A stretch of DNA of 64,000 bases. Origin: Cercozoa sp. M6MM (lineage: Eukaryota > Protista > Endomyxa: Ascetosporea). Under the pieces are notes generated by a model that made no database searches, was not told the origin of the DNA, and saw only the letters and a list, made by a program, of their open reading frames with translations. Numbering within the stretch: position 1 is the first letter of the stretch; each line of letters opens with the position of its first letter. The stretch lies in NCBI GenBank assembly GCA_040357565.1, contig JBDODJ010000042.1; one strand, 5' to 3'. Positions 1 through 12,723 of this stretch are shown in pieces. The translations under genes and the position numbers were made by a program.

Positions 1-3000
1 AAAGCTACTCATGTGCGTCCTCAAGTGCAGCTTCGATAATCGGCGTCGCGATCGTTGTGCTGGCATTGATGATCTCCTGCACTCCGAGGGGGTAAAGGGG
101 GGTAAAGGGGGTAAAGGGGGTGGAGTGGGGGGCAAACCCACCTTGATACGCGGCACACCGAGCGTGATGTTCATCGACGACACACCGGCAAAGTGGAACG
201 TCTTCAGCGTCATCTGCGTTCCTGGCTCGCCGATCGACTGGCCCGCCACGGCGCCCTGGGGGGGGGGGGGGGTAAGAGGGGGTAAAATAGGGAAAGAGGA
301 GGTAAAGATGGAGGTGAAGGGGTAAAGGGGGGTAAAGGGGGGTAAAGAGGGGGTATAAATGCGCGCAGGAGCCCACCACAGCAGTGCCGGCGTCGACCTG
401 CGCGCGATGATGCGCCATCGGCAGCAGCTGCCACAGTCGCTGCCACGCCGCCTCAGTCACCTGCCCACGTGCCAAGTCAGACCACGTGCCAACTCAGAAA
501 AGGATCAGTCAGTTTATTTACAAAAGTGTTGCGTCGCAGAATTTCGCTTTGACTGCACTTTTTCACTTCGTCGGCCAGGGCCGTGCACCTGCCCGGGGGG
601 TAAAGTGGAGGGTGAATGGGGTAAAGAGGGGGTAAAGAGGGGGTAAAGAATGGGTAAGAAGGGGGTAAAGTAAACAGGGGGGGGGGTAAGGTAAACAGGG
701 GGGGGGGGGGTAGGGGGAATGTATAATAGAAGGTAAAGAGTAACAGAGGGAAAAGGGGGGGGGGGGGGGGGTAAACAGGGGGTAAAAACGCAACCCACCA
801 CGCCAAGGTCTGATCTTTGAAATTCTCGCTCCACGAACGCTGCGATTCAATCTGCCAAAAGAAAAAAGTACCACTGTTCCACAAACAACCTAGTTGGTAC
901 TACGCACTGTTCAGAATGTACCAAGTCATCAATGGACGAATCGATCTGTTCGGCCGTCATCAATGCACTGTCACTGCAGCCGACAATCTTGTTCATCTCC
1001 GAGAAAATACCAAAATAGTCAGGGGGGGGGGTACATCTGCTGCGTTTCGCGTTGCGCGCGTCGCAGCAGCTGGCCAAAGTTGACCGGAAGCTCGTCAATG
1101 TCCGTCGCCTGTGTCAAGGGGGGGTGGGGGTCAGGGGTAAGGGAGTAAGGGGGGGGGGAAACACCATGGGATCGACGCCGTCCTCGCCGAAGCAGAACTG
1201 CAGCAGCGTGTTCTCCGAGTTGCGCACCGTGTCGTCGTAGTGCACGCACAAATCCTCGAGCGCCTTCATCAGACGCCGTTGCATGTAGCCTGTCTCGGCG
1301 GTTTTTACGGCCGTATCGACCAGACCCTCGCGACCGGCCTGTACCGTACATATGTACCGTACATATGTACCGTCCATATTGGACTGTTTAATAATACACA
1401 GACCCGATCCATACCATGGTATGGAAGAAGAACTCTGTCGCCGACAGACCCGTGAAGAAACTGTTCTGCACGAAACCCCTGCACAGCAACCAAACACACT
1501 CGGACATTTCGACACTTCTCTGCACACACTTCAGGACGAGCACAATAACGCACTTGGAGTCCGGCTCGCGCGACAGCGGCAGGAAGTGCGGCTACAGAGA
1601 CACAGCAAGGTTTTGTTTTGATTTTATTTGCATTTTACGCTCATGTCCGCGCGGACAGTACCAGGGTGCGGTCAACGAAACCGTCGGCGATACGCGAACC
1701 GCTCACTGAACAGAAAATACAGAAACTCAGTGATCGGACCGACGCAACTCAAAGTAAGCGCTACCGGCCTGCTGACCGACACATGCGACCATTTGGGCAA
1801 TGTTGATGCCACTGCACACATCAAAATTCGTGTTTAGTTCACACACAAAGAAAACAAGAGATTTATTTTCTGGTTTCAGCAAATACAAAGAGCGACCAAG
1901 AAACGGCCAGGAGCGCTCTAAACTCGAGTTTACCTGCCCTTGGCGCCGGACTGAGCCATAATGAGACCGGCATTGTGCAGCGGCGACATTTCGTCCAAGC
2001 ACTGCGAAACAAAGCAATTCACTCAACTTTGTTTCTCAACTTGTGCGACAACAATGGGTGCAGCTAGTTTGTACCTTGTCGAACGCCTGTTCACGAACCT
2101 TACTCAGTTCCGACAGCATCTTGCTGCAAAGTTTCACGTATTAAACACAACTGACAGAATGCACAAGTAAAGGGTACTACCTCTCAAGCGTCTGTTCCAT
2201 GTCGCAGCCAGGCAGCGGTTTCAGCGTGCCCTCGCGGTAGTCGCTGTTGCCAAAACAGGTGAAGTTTACCGTGAACGAACATCGAAATGTGTTGTTTACC
2301 GAAGTGCGACGTTGCAGCGCTCGTAGCCGCCCTGTTCAGTCAAGTCAAGTCAGTTCAGTCAAGTCTAAAAATAAAAAGCCTTTACCTCAAGCACTTCGTC
2401 GATTTTCTTTCGCAGTGCGATCGAGGGCGAGACATCATCGATACCTGCGAATAAACGAAAAAAATGTCTGGTGTTGGCAAAGCATGCCTATAACAGCCAG
2501 CAGTCACTCAGTACCGATCGAAAAGCCGCGTTCGCCGAGCCAGCGAGCGCAGACCTTGCTGAGTCGGCCCATGATGGATGCAGCACATTGAGCCGAAACA
2601 TCACGAATCACGCGGAAGAAGAGACCCCTTTAAACACAGTTTTCAATTCAAAAACCGCAAAAAATAAACAAATGAAAAAAGAAACTACTTCTTGGAACCG
2701 CCGAGCGTTGCCTTGCAGATGTTGCCGCACCTGCATTAAAGCAGTAAGTATATACCGTACCGCGCAATATCAGGAACAATGAGTACATGAGTTCTGAGTC
2801 AGAGAAGACGACGTAGCCATCGTGAGGACACATAATCGGGTGCAGTTTGTCCTTCGGTCCCTTGTAGTTCTTGGCCTGTCCAAACCAATCGCAGTCGAAT
2901 CAAGTATCTTTAAACAGCCAAATAATCGTTACCTTCAGTTCAAAGTCAAGGTGCAGCGGAAAATCCGCCTCATCTTGTACTCGATCGCCTAAAAGACCGT

Positions 3001-6000
3001 CCGCGCGGATGAAGAAAACCAAATTCACACAAAATTTAACATTTAATACCAAAGGCACGGTGCTTGCGGCCGCAGCGCGGGTCCAGCAGAATGTTCCAGA
3101 CCTGCTTGCCCGTCCAGAGTGGTACCGGGTGCCAGATGGCCGGTGGTGGCATGTCGATCTGCAATTAGCCAATTTTCTCAAGTTTTTCGCTAATTGGAGA
3201 AAATTTCGGCAAAATTCGCAAATTTCGCGAGGTTTGCAAACCCAGCCGAAATGGAAAACACGAAAGCCAATGTTACGTGTTCTGCGGCGTCGGCAAAATA
3301 GGCGCAGATCTGCATGAACTCGGCACGCGTCAAGAAGACATCCTTGCCTGTGCTCAATCATAAAAATATAGGTATGATCAATATAGGACGGTCAAGGAAT
3401 GATCAATATAGGACGAAGGATAGAATATGAGTACACGTGAGCAGATAGGACGCCGTGATGAAATCCTGCAGCGGCGCCACGATGGGCGCGCCGTTCTTTG
3501 GAGTGATGAAGTTGCGATCCACTCGCATCAGCGTCTTGGCCTCGGCCACGGCTTCGAGCGTTTGCGGCACGTGCAGGTTCATCTGGACACGCACATATTT
3601 GAACGGACGGTTAAAGGTAAGAGTTAAAGGTGAGGGTTAAAGGTGAAAGTTACCTCGTCACCGTCGAAATCGGCGTTGTACGGGTTGCACACGCAGACCT
3701 GCGCAAAGCAGCAAACTGAAGAGCGTCACGCGAAAACAAACCCAAATTCGCTACGTTGAAGCGGAAAGTGCGCCACGGCATCACGCGCACGCGATGTGAC
3801 ATGATACTGATACTGCAAAGCAAAACCGGTATAACTGACACAGACAAATACAATAACTAGACGTGCTCAGTGATCGTACCGATGCAAAGAGGGCTGACGA
3901 TTGAACAGCACCATGTCACCATCGCTGAGGTGCCGTTCCACGATGTCACCCACCTGTGGGGAGGGTAAGAGTATAGGTCAAGGGTGAGGGATGAAGGGTA
4001 AAGCAAAGGCGAAAGGGGTACACGAAGTCCTTCAGCACGCTTCATGCGGTCGCCGTACCTGCAAAGCAAACAAGTGTTTCCACAAGGTACTAGGTACGAG
4101 GTAGAGAGAAGGGTACTTAAGGTATTGCTTCGTGCCGGCGTTGGCATCGTTGCCGCCTCGTCTGTGTTGGTGATAAACAAGCCGGTTAACCCTTTAAGAT
4201 AATGAAAGAAGTAACGTACTGCAGAAAGTTGGCGCCTGGATGCACTTCGGGTCCGTTCTGCACGGCTCGGCGCAGTCGTGCGAGATTGTGTGGCTACAGA
4301 GAGGTACAAATAGTTGCATTGGGACAAATGGACAAATAACTGGTACAGTCACGCGCTCGGGCACAGTGAGTTTCTGCGCGACCTGCAGCGGCACGCCGAC
4401 CTACGAGGTTTTAACACAGAGAATAAATACAGCACAATTGAGATACAGGGAGAAAAAAACTACAACATAATATAAAAAATACAATAAACACAAGCATAAC
4501 TATAAAGAGAAAAAGAAATACAAAAGACAACAAAAAAGCCGACCTCAGTGACGTGCAAGTTCGGGTCGGGTGAGATCACAGCACGCGCAGAGAAGTCGAC
4601 ACGCTTACCCTGTCCATTTGTAAGGTACATTTGGGCCCAAAACATCATACGATTGAACACTGGACAGCTGTACCGACAGATTCCAACGGAAGCGACCAGT
4701 CTTGCCTTTGAGACGTTGCGCCAGTGAGCGGATTCTCTGTCACATGAGGTGTAAGGGGGGGTAAAGTAAGGGGTAAAGGGGAAGTAAGCAATATGGGGTA
4801 TCTGGGAGGCAACTGAAGGAACCTTGGTAGGCTTGACAGCAGGTGGGAAGCCCGGCATGTCGGCATTGAGCAACATGGCCACCTGCTGCTGCAGGAAGTT
4901 CCAGTTCTCCAATAGCGCAGCCGGCGAGGCGCCCTTGCTCTTGAGCTGCTTGAGGTGATTGTTGATGTACACAATGTCCGAGATCTTGATGGTCAGGTCG
5001 TCCTCGTTGCTGCCCGTCGCCGACATCGGCACCGACGGACGAATGCACACCGGTGGTACCACCTGCCAAACCAACTCGACATTTCATCATTCTTTCGAAC
5101 TCATCATTCTTTCGAACTCATCATTCTTTCGAACTCATCATTCTTTCGAACTCATCATTCCAAAAGCGTCAACTTTCTCAATGCAAAAAGCAAAAGCTGC
5201 TACCAGAGTCGAAATGATCAGATCGGCCGGATTGCTCGTCGGCATGCCCTAACGCAGACACTCGCCAGTAAATTCAACTCCAGTCAAGTCAAGTCAAGTC
5301 AACTCCAGTCAACTAAACTGAACAGAACTTAACAAAGTCAAAACAAACCAGAACAGCAGCATCAAGGCGCAGCATGCGACGGAACAAGCGCAGACAGCTG
5401 CATTCAATTTTGTTAGAGCACACCTCTTGATACAATATGAGAAGAGAGCCTACACATCCGGCGTCAAATCGTGCAGACCGCGAGTCTTGAACTTATCCAC
5501 ATCCGGGTTGCTCCGCGCGGCCTAAACCAAACGCATGGTTCAATCATCCCAAGCAGAGTAACGAAACTTAAAGTGATGTACCTCATCGAACTCGGCGAGC
5601 CACTGGGCGCGTTCTTCGCTTTTTTGCAGCGCCTAAATAAAAATTACAAACAAGGTTGTTCAAACAAGTTGGATTGCTCGTTTAAAGCTAATAAACACAC
5701 CTTGCCCGCAAACGGCTCGTGCACGTAGCGGAAGCACGTGCGCAGTTTCTTCACGTTGCTGCAAAAGAAGGTTAGAGAATTTAAAGAAGCGAAAACTGGT
5801 AACTTCTGAAATAAAATGAGAGAAAAGAGGGAAAAGAGCACCCGTTGGTGGCGGCGCAGTGCGGACATTTGCGCACCTTTTTCGACTCTTTCGTGATCGT
5901 AGCCTGACAGGAGAGTTGGAGTGAACTCTCAACTTGAACCCACAGCTATCGCACTGAAACAGTACCAGAATATCGCGACGCCGATCGCGAGTTAAAACCG

Positions 6001-6742
6001 GCGACTGAAGCTGCTTGAGGAACTTGTCGCGCACCGGGTCCTCCAGCAGCAGGCGCGCACATGACTTGCAAATGCACTGCAGGATGCGCAGAATCTCGCG
6101 GTAGTAGCCGACTGTGCCACACAAGTTTAGTGTAGAGAAAGAGCATAGATATGTGATTAAAAGCTACCGTGAAACACGGGAAACTCGAGTCGCACGTGGC
6201 CAAAGTGGCCTAAAGAAATGTGGCATAACCTGTATACACCTTGCATAAAAATAGTCGTACCAACACAGTCCTGGAGGTCCTTGTGACAGGTAGCACATTC
6301 GCCCTTGTTGGTCGAGACGCCCAGACGCGGATCCAGACAACCGTACGGCACCGGGTTGAACGTGCCTATGTACGAACAAAGTGAATTGGAACATTAATGC
6401 GCCGCTGACTTTAGAAAACCTACCCGTCTCGTACATGTCCTTGTTCAGCACCTGCATCTGCGACAGACGACACGCGTCCTCCGACGACATCAGTTTCAGC
6501 GACACGCTCTCGATCTGTCAGACAGACACCGACACAGATGCATACCAACAAACACAGTCTCATCGCTGCAGTACCTGCATAGATGGCATCTCCTCCTTCA
6601 CAAACGGTTTCAACACCGGGTTCTGCTCAAGCACATGCACAAATTAAGCACAGCCATAAGTATGTGGCTTTTGCAACAAGCGTACCTGACGAGCGCGCAT
6701 GGTGGCGCGCTCCTGCTGGCGACGCTCCTCGAATTCGTCCAT
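1..6742 (-). CDS. RPC1: DNA-directed RNA polymerase III largest subunit (RPC1), multi-exon, 3' part runs off the window start
   Basis: Spliced exons give [42 protein letters not shown], catalytic [14 protein letters not shown] (~3570-3705), [62 protein letters not shown] and the absence of Pol I-type insertions fit Pol III. Start ATG at 6742 is inferred. Confidence 0.93.
88..1160 (-). repeat. Intronic TTTAC(C)n arrays (GGGGTAAA-like on + strand) in RPC1
   Basis: Clusters at ~88-131, 258-355, 595-785, 1117-1158; further clusters at ~4750-4800 and 42360-43255. Confidence 0.9.
5085..5160. repeat. 17-bp tandem repeat (catcattctttcgaact) x ~4.5 in an RPC1 intron
   Basis: Exact tandem copies are visible. 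Confidence 0.95.
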
Positions 6743-7257
6743 CCTCGCGGGAAGCTCTTTAGATTAACAAATAATGATAAACACACGCGCACTGGCGCGA
6801 GAATCATCGATCGTCCCGAACACACACAACACCGCACACAGCACTGGGACTCAAACACAAAATAAGAATACTAACTTGATGAACGAGACGACTCACGTCG
6901 ATAAACGCAACGTGCACCTGCCCGTGGATACACCTGCGGCTTACCGTGCCAAGGGAATCTCTGTGCGGACTAACTTTCCCAAGAAATATAAAATTAATTC
7001 GCGTTTCCCCTTGATTTTCGCCCGATTTCCGTAGTTTTGACGAGTCTAGTTGTAATAAGTAACAACATAATTATCAATTGCATGTCGTCACCGCAACGTG
7101 CTCAAAGAACAGTCCTATTTTCCCCTGATCCGCGCGGTGAAACAAGCGAGGTTGCAAACCGGCGCTCCGGCAACACAGATTGTTTTTGCACGCTGTAGTG
7201 CGTTAGCCTGGCGAGAACACTGCCAGATTGGTACTATTGTTTGGTATCTATCATCCG

Positions 7258-8378
7258 ATGGCGTCCGAAGGCGCAACAGTGACGCCGAGTGATGGCAAGG
7301 GATCGCCTGAGGCGAAAAAGTGGCGACAAGAAGCCACACGCCGCGCGATGCGTCTGCCGCTTCTGGCGTTGCGATTGCGTCAGGCACGTGAAGAACACGC
7401 GTTGTTGATGCGCCAGGCGTCTTCGTTGCTGCGAACGGTGTTCAGCGACCGAAAGCGACGGCGTGCGATGATTCGCGATCTTCGCGAGCGGTATTTTTGA
7501 GTCGACTTGCCGCGCGTTGCTTAGCACTGTTGCCTGTGTCGAGCAGACTGGGAGACGAAGGCGACGAGTTGGACGGCGAGATCGACGAAGATCTGCTGAT
7601 GAGCGACGCGCCCACCGACACAGTCACCGATAGCACCGAGCGGCCGCTTCCAGCGCCAGCCTCCAAGCAGAAGCCGAATGAGGATAAGCCGAATGGGCAG
7701 AAACCAAAGGAGAAGTCGAAGACACCGGTGTGTCGACCGCCACCGCCGCAGGCACCGCCTTCGCAATCGCGCAGCTCTCGCTCTTCGGACACGAAGCGCG
7801 GCTCGACTTGGCACGAGAAGCGCAAGTCGTCCTCGCGACCAGCTGTTTTGTCTTCCTTTTCGTCCTCGTCTTCATCAAGGGTGCCGACTGGTGTCACGAA
7901 GCGTGCGACTCACTCGATGTCACATCCGCAGCGTCGCAGTAGCAGTCGCAAACGCAGTCGCAGTCGCGGTCGCAAGCTGCGGCGCAGTCGCAGTGGCAGC
8001 AAGCGCCGGATGAGCGACTCGTCGCGTCGCAAGAGTGAAAGCATCACGCGACGCAGCTTTGTACCGACTAAAAAGGACGAAAGTTCCCGACGGGAACGCG
8101 ACGAAGCTTCGCGAACTCGCCGCGACTCGACGCGCAGTGACTCGAAGCACAGCGCTGACCCAAAGCGCAGCAGTCCCGCTTCCACTCGCCGAGACCGCCG
8201 AGACCCGCCACCGGACAGACGAAACGCTCCGACGACGCGTCGATCTGCGAGTGATCGGTACGCCCGCGACAGCACGCGAAGTAACGACGCTGCAACGTCG
8301 CGCCGCCGCCAACGCTCACGCGACCGCAGTCGCCAGCGCGAGCGACCGCGCTCTCGCAACCGCACGCGACGCCGGTAA
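7258..8378 (+). CDS. Arg/Ser-rich low-complexity protein (2 exons; intron ~7491-7546)
   Basis: ORF 7258-7490 joins ORF 7547-8378 in frame across a GT..AG intron; C-terminal half is RS/RD-rich (RKRSRSRGRKLRRSRS, RSRDRSRQRERPRSR). Confidence 0.7.
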
Positions 8379-8826
8379 GCGAAGTCGAGTTTTTATTTTG
8401 CGTTCGTTCACGTCGTTTAAAATTCAAAATTATATCATGGTGTGGCGCTCGGGCTTCATTTCTCGTCTCGGGGTATGCCCGGATTGGCGGGGCGTTTTGA
8501 CGAGAGGGATTTTCCCCAAACAAGACCAAGGAAAAAAGGGCATACCCTCGTCTCGCTCGTCTCCATGGAACCAAGCGGAGTTGCGTCAGAAACACGCCTA
8601 CCTACTAACCGAACGTAAACAGATCCGATCGAAAGGAAACGAAAAACCAAGCATCCCGCTTGGTTGGCAGCCTAACCATAACACTGTCATGCCATAGTCG
8701 CAACGAGCAGTCGCGAAAGTCCGAGCGAGCTCTTCCGATTCCTCGGCCGCACGCTTTGTCTTCCGCTGGTTGGAAGAACTGCTAGGCTGGGCCATTTTGG
8801 TTAAGTCAGTTTCACCGTCCATTAGT

Positions 8827-9877
8827 ATGGTCGGGCTGTGCCACCGGGAAAACAAGCGCAAGTGGCTGTTGCTTGTCTCGGTGCTGGCTTTCGTGGCAGG
8901 CATTCTGTGTTGTGCTTTCTTCCTAGCGCCCAAGTCGTCGTTTACCTCCGCCAATAGCACTGGCTACGAGTTGGGTACTGCATTCTTTGACAAAGCTCAC
9001 TTCACAGAACAAGAGAGGGGATAGGTTTGACGTTGACCCAGGTGCGATTGAAAACAATGGCAGCTCGTGCTGGTTCAGCACAATGACGCAGCTGGCGCAT
9101 GCCGTTCCGACCTGGCGAGCAGCACTGCAACAGTTGCAGAACAAAGCGACAGAAACGGATGCGTCCAACAGCGACATTGTGCACATGCTGCTCGAGTGGT
9201 CGCGTATGATGAAAGGTCTCGACAGTGGCAGCGTCGTTTCGGCGAAGGAGACGTTGGAGACTGCGCTCATGCAGCGACTGCAAGGCTTGGCAGGTACCTT
9301 GGGCAGTTTGAGGTCGCTTAGGTATGTTCGAGTTCAATAAATTAACTGGTCGTAGGTGGTGCCGGAGAGGCACATGACGCCGGCGAGATGTGGCAGAACG
9401 TGCTCACTGCCGTGGAAGAAGTTGACTCGTCTGGCATGAGTACAGTCACTCAAGAGACTTTACGGGAGCTGTCACGCAATCCATTGGAACTCATCGTGAC
9501 CACGCGGAAACCGACGGACCATCAGCCGTGCGTTTCTTTGGAGTGACAGTCACTCAAGAGACTTTACGGGAGCTGTCACGCAATCCATTGGAACTCATCG
9601 TGACCACGCGGAAAATGACGGAATTCAATGGATTCCAAGTCGGAGTAACCGGCGACTTCGCAAACCAAGCCATCACGGAGTACAATCCTACAGGCGCCGC
9701 CATAGACGCCGAGGTCACTAGTGCAGGCTGGCAGTTCACCCAAGGCACCTTTATGCTGCCGACCTGGGCGACAGAGGCAGCAACTTCGTGGGCTGACACT
9801 ACCGGGCTCACTTGTCCATAAAGTCGCACGGTGCATTGAAAGGCAGAGTATATCAGTTTAAGTTCGTTGGCAATTAA
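8827..9877 (+). pseudogene. USP/C19-like cysteine protease with N-terminal transmembrane segment, apparently disrupted
   Basis: TM segment KRKWLLLVSVLAFVAGILCCAFFLA; Cys box GAIENNGSSCWFSTMTQL (~9042-9095); AHDAGEMW (QxDA-like, ~9369); His-box-like LYAADLGDRGSNFVG*HYRAHL in a shifted frame with TGA at 9794-9796; internal 69-bp duplication. Confidence 0.6.
9442..9614 (+). repeat. Perfect 69-bp direct repeat (9442-9510 and 9546-9614)
   Basis: acagtcactcaagagactttacgggagctgtcacgcaatccattggaactcatcgtgaccacgcggaaa occurs twice with a 35-bp spacer. Confidence 0.95.
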
Positions 9878-10446
9878 AAACAACGAACTGAAACTTGAAA
9901 GCCAAACTGAATGATCGAAGTAATGCACACACGAGACGGAACCGACGGATTAAACACAAGAACTGGACTTGGAAAATAACTGAAGTGGCGGGGGGGGGCG
10001 GTCAGGAAAAGGGAGTAACCGACCCTAACAAAAAAGGGGGAAAGGGGGAAGAGTGGAAGGGCTGCGCTGCAGGCGCGCGCGCGCGTGAGCGTGTGCGTGT
10101 GTGACTCCAGATTTCCCGTGCACCAATGTCTTATGTGCGTGCGTATAGTACAAGCCGGGTTGGTCCAGTTCGTTGCGACGCGAGGGAGCGTGTCCGGCCC
10201 GCGCGTGCGGTTATGCCGGCGTGGTACCATACGCGTAGGTATTTCGTATTTATCGAGCTAGCAGCCATGCGATGCAAGCATGCATGGGATGGATAGCATT
10301 TGATGCCGATGTATATCGGTTCGAAAGTAGCAAGCGAAGGACACGATTAGCAAGAGTGCGCGTGGGCGGGCGTGGCATGGACAGGTGTCGCAGAGGCAAT
10401 CAAGTACATGTAGATGACTAGGAAGGCCGCACACACCACACACCGT

Positions 10447-12515
10447 CTAATCGTCGCTCATGATGGTCGTGGAGCGAACAGAACTCTCGGGCGTCAGACT
10501 GAAAGGCACAAAGCAGAACACAGGTGAATCCATAGACACAAGGACACTCCTCCCATACCGCAGAGAGAGCTCGGTCTGCGAGAGGCAGTAGACGCCGCCG
10601 TGGATAGGAGTGCTGTCGGACTTGAACACCTGCGAAAAGGTGCCGTCGTCCTTGATCCAACGCGAGGCACTGCAAGCACACAGGGCGACAATACAATCAT
10701 GACGCAAGCAAGCAGAGTGACTGAGATACTGGTGCAGAGGCGCCGGCATCTTGATGCCACCTGTCGCAAGGGCAAAGGGGGTACAAAACTCAATTTCTAG
10801 AGACAAAGGAACTGAGCTACCGCGGTTGGCGACATACATGTGCATGGCAGCCATCGCAACCTGCATGACTTCGTCCTTGCGCACGTCCATCTGCACATGA
10901 GATATATCAACAGACACCCACCAAAACAGAAAGAAAACAGAAAGGCAGGCAAAGAGCATACGTTGTACTGTTCGAACTGGAAGCGAGCAGGGTTGGTGTT
11001 CGGCAGGACCGTGTAGAACTCCTCGCGCACTGTGCACATACATACGATATGCACACCCTGTCTGGACCAAGATAGCGGAGACAAAGAGTACGCGGTGCGA
11101 GGTCAGGATCACTCTCGCAGTCCACAAAGTACTGACCCGCCGAGCTGCACACATGACACACACACATCGGAGGGGGGGGGGGGGGTGATTTACTCGCGCC
11201 CTAGCGAGAGACCGAGACAGAAACGCACCCTCGGCCAGCACGCGGACCCTTGCACAGCAGCGGCGGACTACGCTGTGACTGTTGCCACATGCACCACCAA
11301 TATTGCAAGAACGCACAGTCAGACAGAGGAAGGCCAGAGAAGGTTACGTTGATCCACAGGTAGCCGTCCACGAGTTCCTTCAGCTCCTCCTTCTGTGCAA
11401 CACATACATACCCACAGGCAAACCGCTATGAGCCCACAATCAACAAACACGCCATACCTCACGGTCATGGGCACCAGTGTCGCTGGCCTTGGTGGAACTA
11501 CCACGGAAGACCACGATGGCCTTGCGCGTGCCCTACACTCACTGCACCGCAGCACAATACATGCTATGTGTGTGCGGCCAGTACCTCGTTGCAGAAGGCA
11601 GCGCACTTGGCGAGCACCTGCACCACCCCTACGAACAAAGGCAAGTTACATGCTATTCGGTCCAGACATGTTTGTGCAGTGGGTGACTGGTACAGTGCGA
11701 CTCGTCCTCTTCGCTCAGCTCGGTGGCAAAGCCGAGACGACGCACGTGGTGCCGGCCGAACATCACGGCAACGCAGACACGGCGACGGCCTTTGCACAAC
11801 ATAAGTTGACATGCATGACCTGTGTACAACAACAGAGGTGGTGCCGAGATACCGTCCTTCAGCGCGACCGAGTCAACGCCTGCAAGCGGCAACGACGTCA
11901 CCGACTGTGTCAAAAGTGTCAGGTCACGGTACTATAATCCGGTGGATGCAGAGCAACAAGGCTACGCGAGGCAGGCGAACATCAGAAGTCGCCACGCCAG
12001 TTTTACCAATGGCCTGCAGGTAAATTTACAGATGCGGCATGCTGTACTAGTTCTCTTCTTTAGTCAGAGAAACCACTGACACACCTGGTCACAAACCGCC
12101 TTGGCAATGGTCGAGACGTTTGCACTGCTGCGACCAACCAGCGACTGCGACATGCATGCACATATACACGCATAGAAACAACTGGAGTGAAACATCACAC
12201 CTTCTTCATGATGAACTGCACGTGAACGGACTTGCGTATGGCCTCTGCGCGAGTAAGTGCGATGAAACTATGTCCATAAGCCACAAAGCGAGCGCACCAT
12301 TGATGGCGTCGGCCGTGAGATCGTCCACGTTGTCGACAACATCGCGCACCGCCAATTTCGACAGCTAGAACGACGCTTTATTCGCCAACGCACCCACAGG
12401 TCGAACTGTAGTTGATGTACCACTTCGCCTCTATCACGCGCAGTGGACTCGTCCGGTCGGTTGCTACGACAGGGGTGGGGGTACACACACGCACACACAC
12501 ACGCACGCACACACG

Positions 12516-12558
<43 letters not shown>

Positions 12559-12609
12559 ACACACACATACACACACATACACACACACACAAACACACAC
12601 AAACACACA

Positions 12610-12659
<50 letters not shown>

Positions 12660-12669
12660 NNNNNNNNNN

Positions 12670-12723
<54 letters not shown>

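Noticed and set aside
5085-5160. Tandem ATGATGA (C-box-like) motifs on the RPC1 sense strand suggesting a C/D snoRNA or a CRISPR-like array
   Set aside because: No CTGA D box in the intron and no unique spacers; it is a simple 17-bp minisatellite.
9794-9796. TGA as selenocysteine or readthrough in the USP-like gene
   Set aside because: The position is normally Gly, no SECIS was recognised and other lesions are present; a nonsense mutation is simpler.
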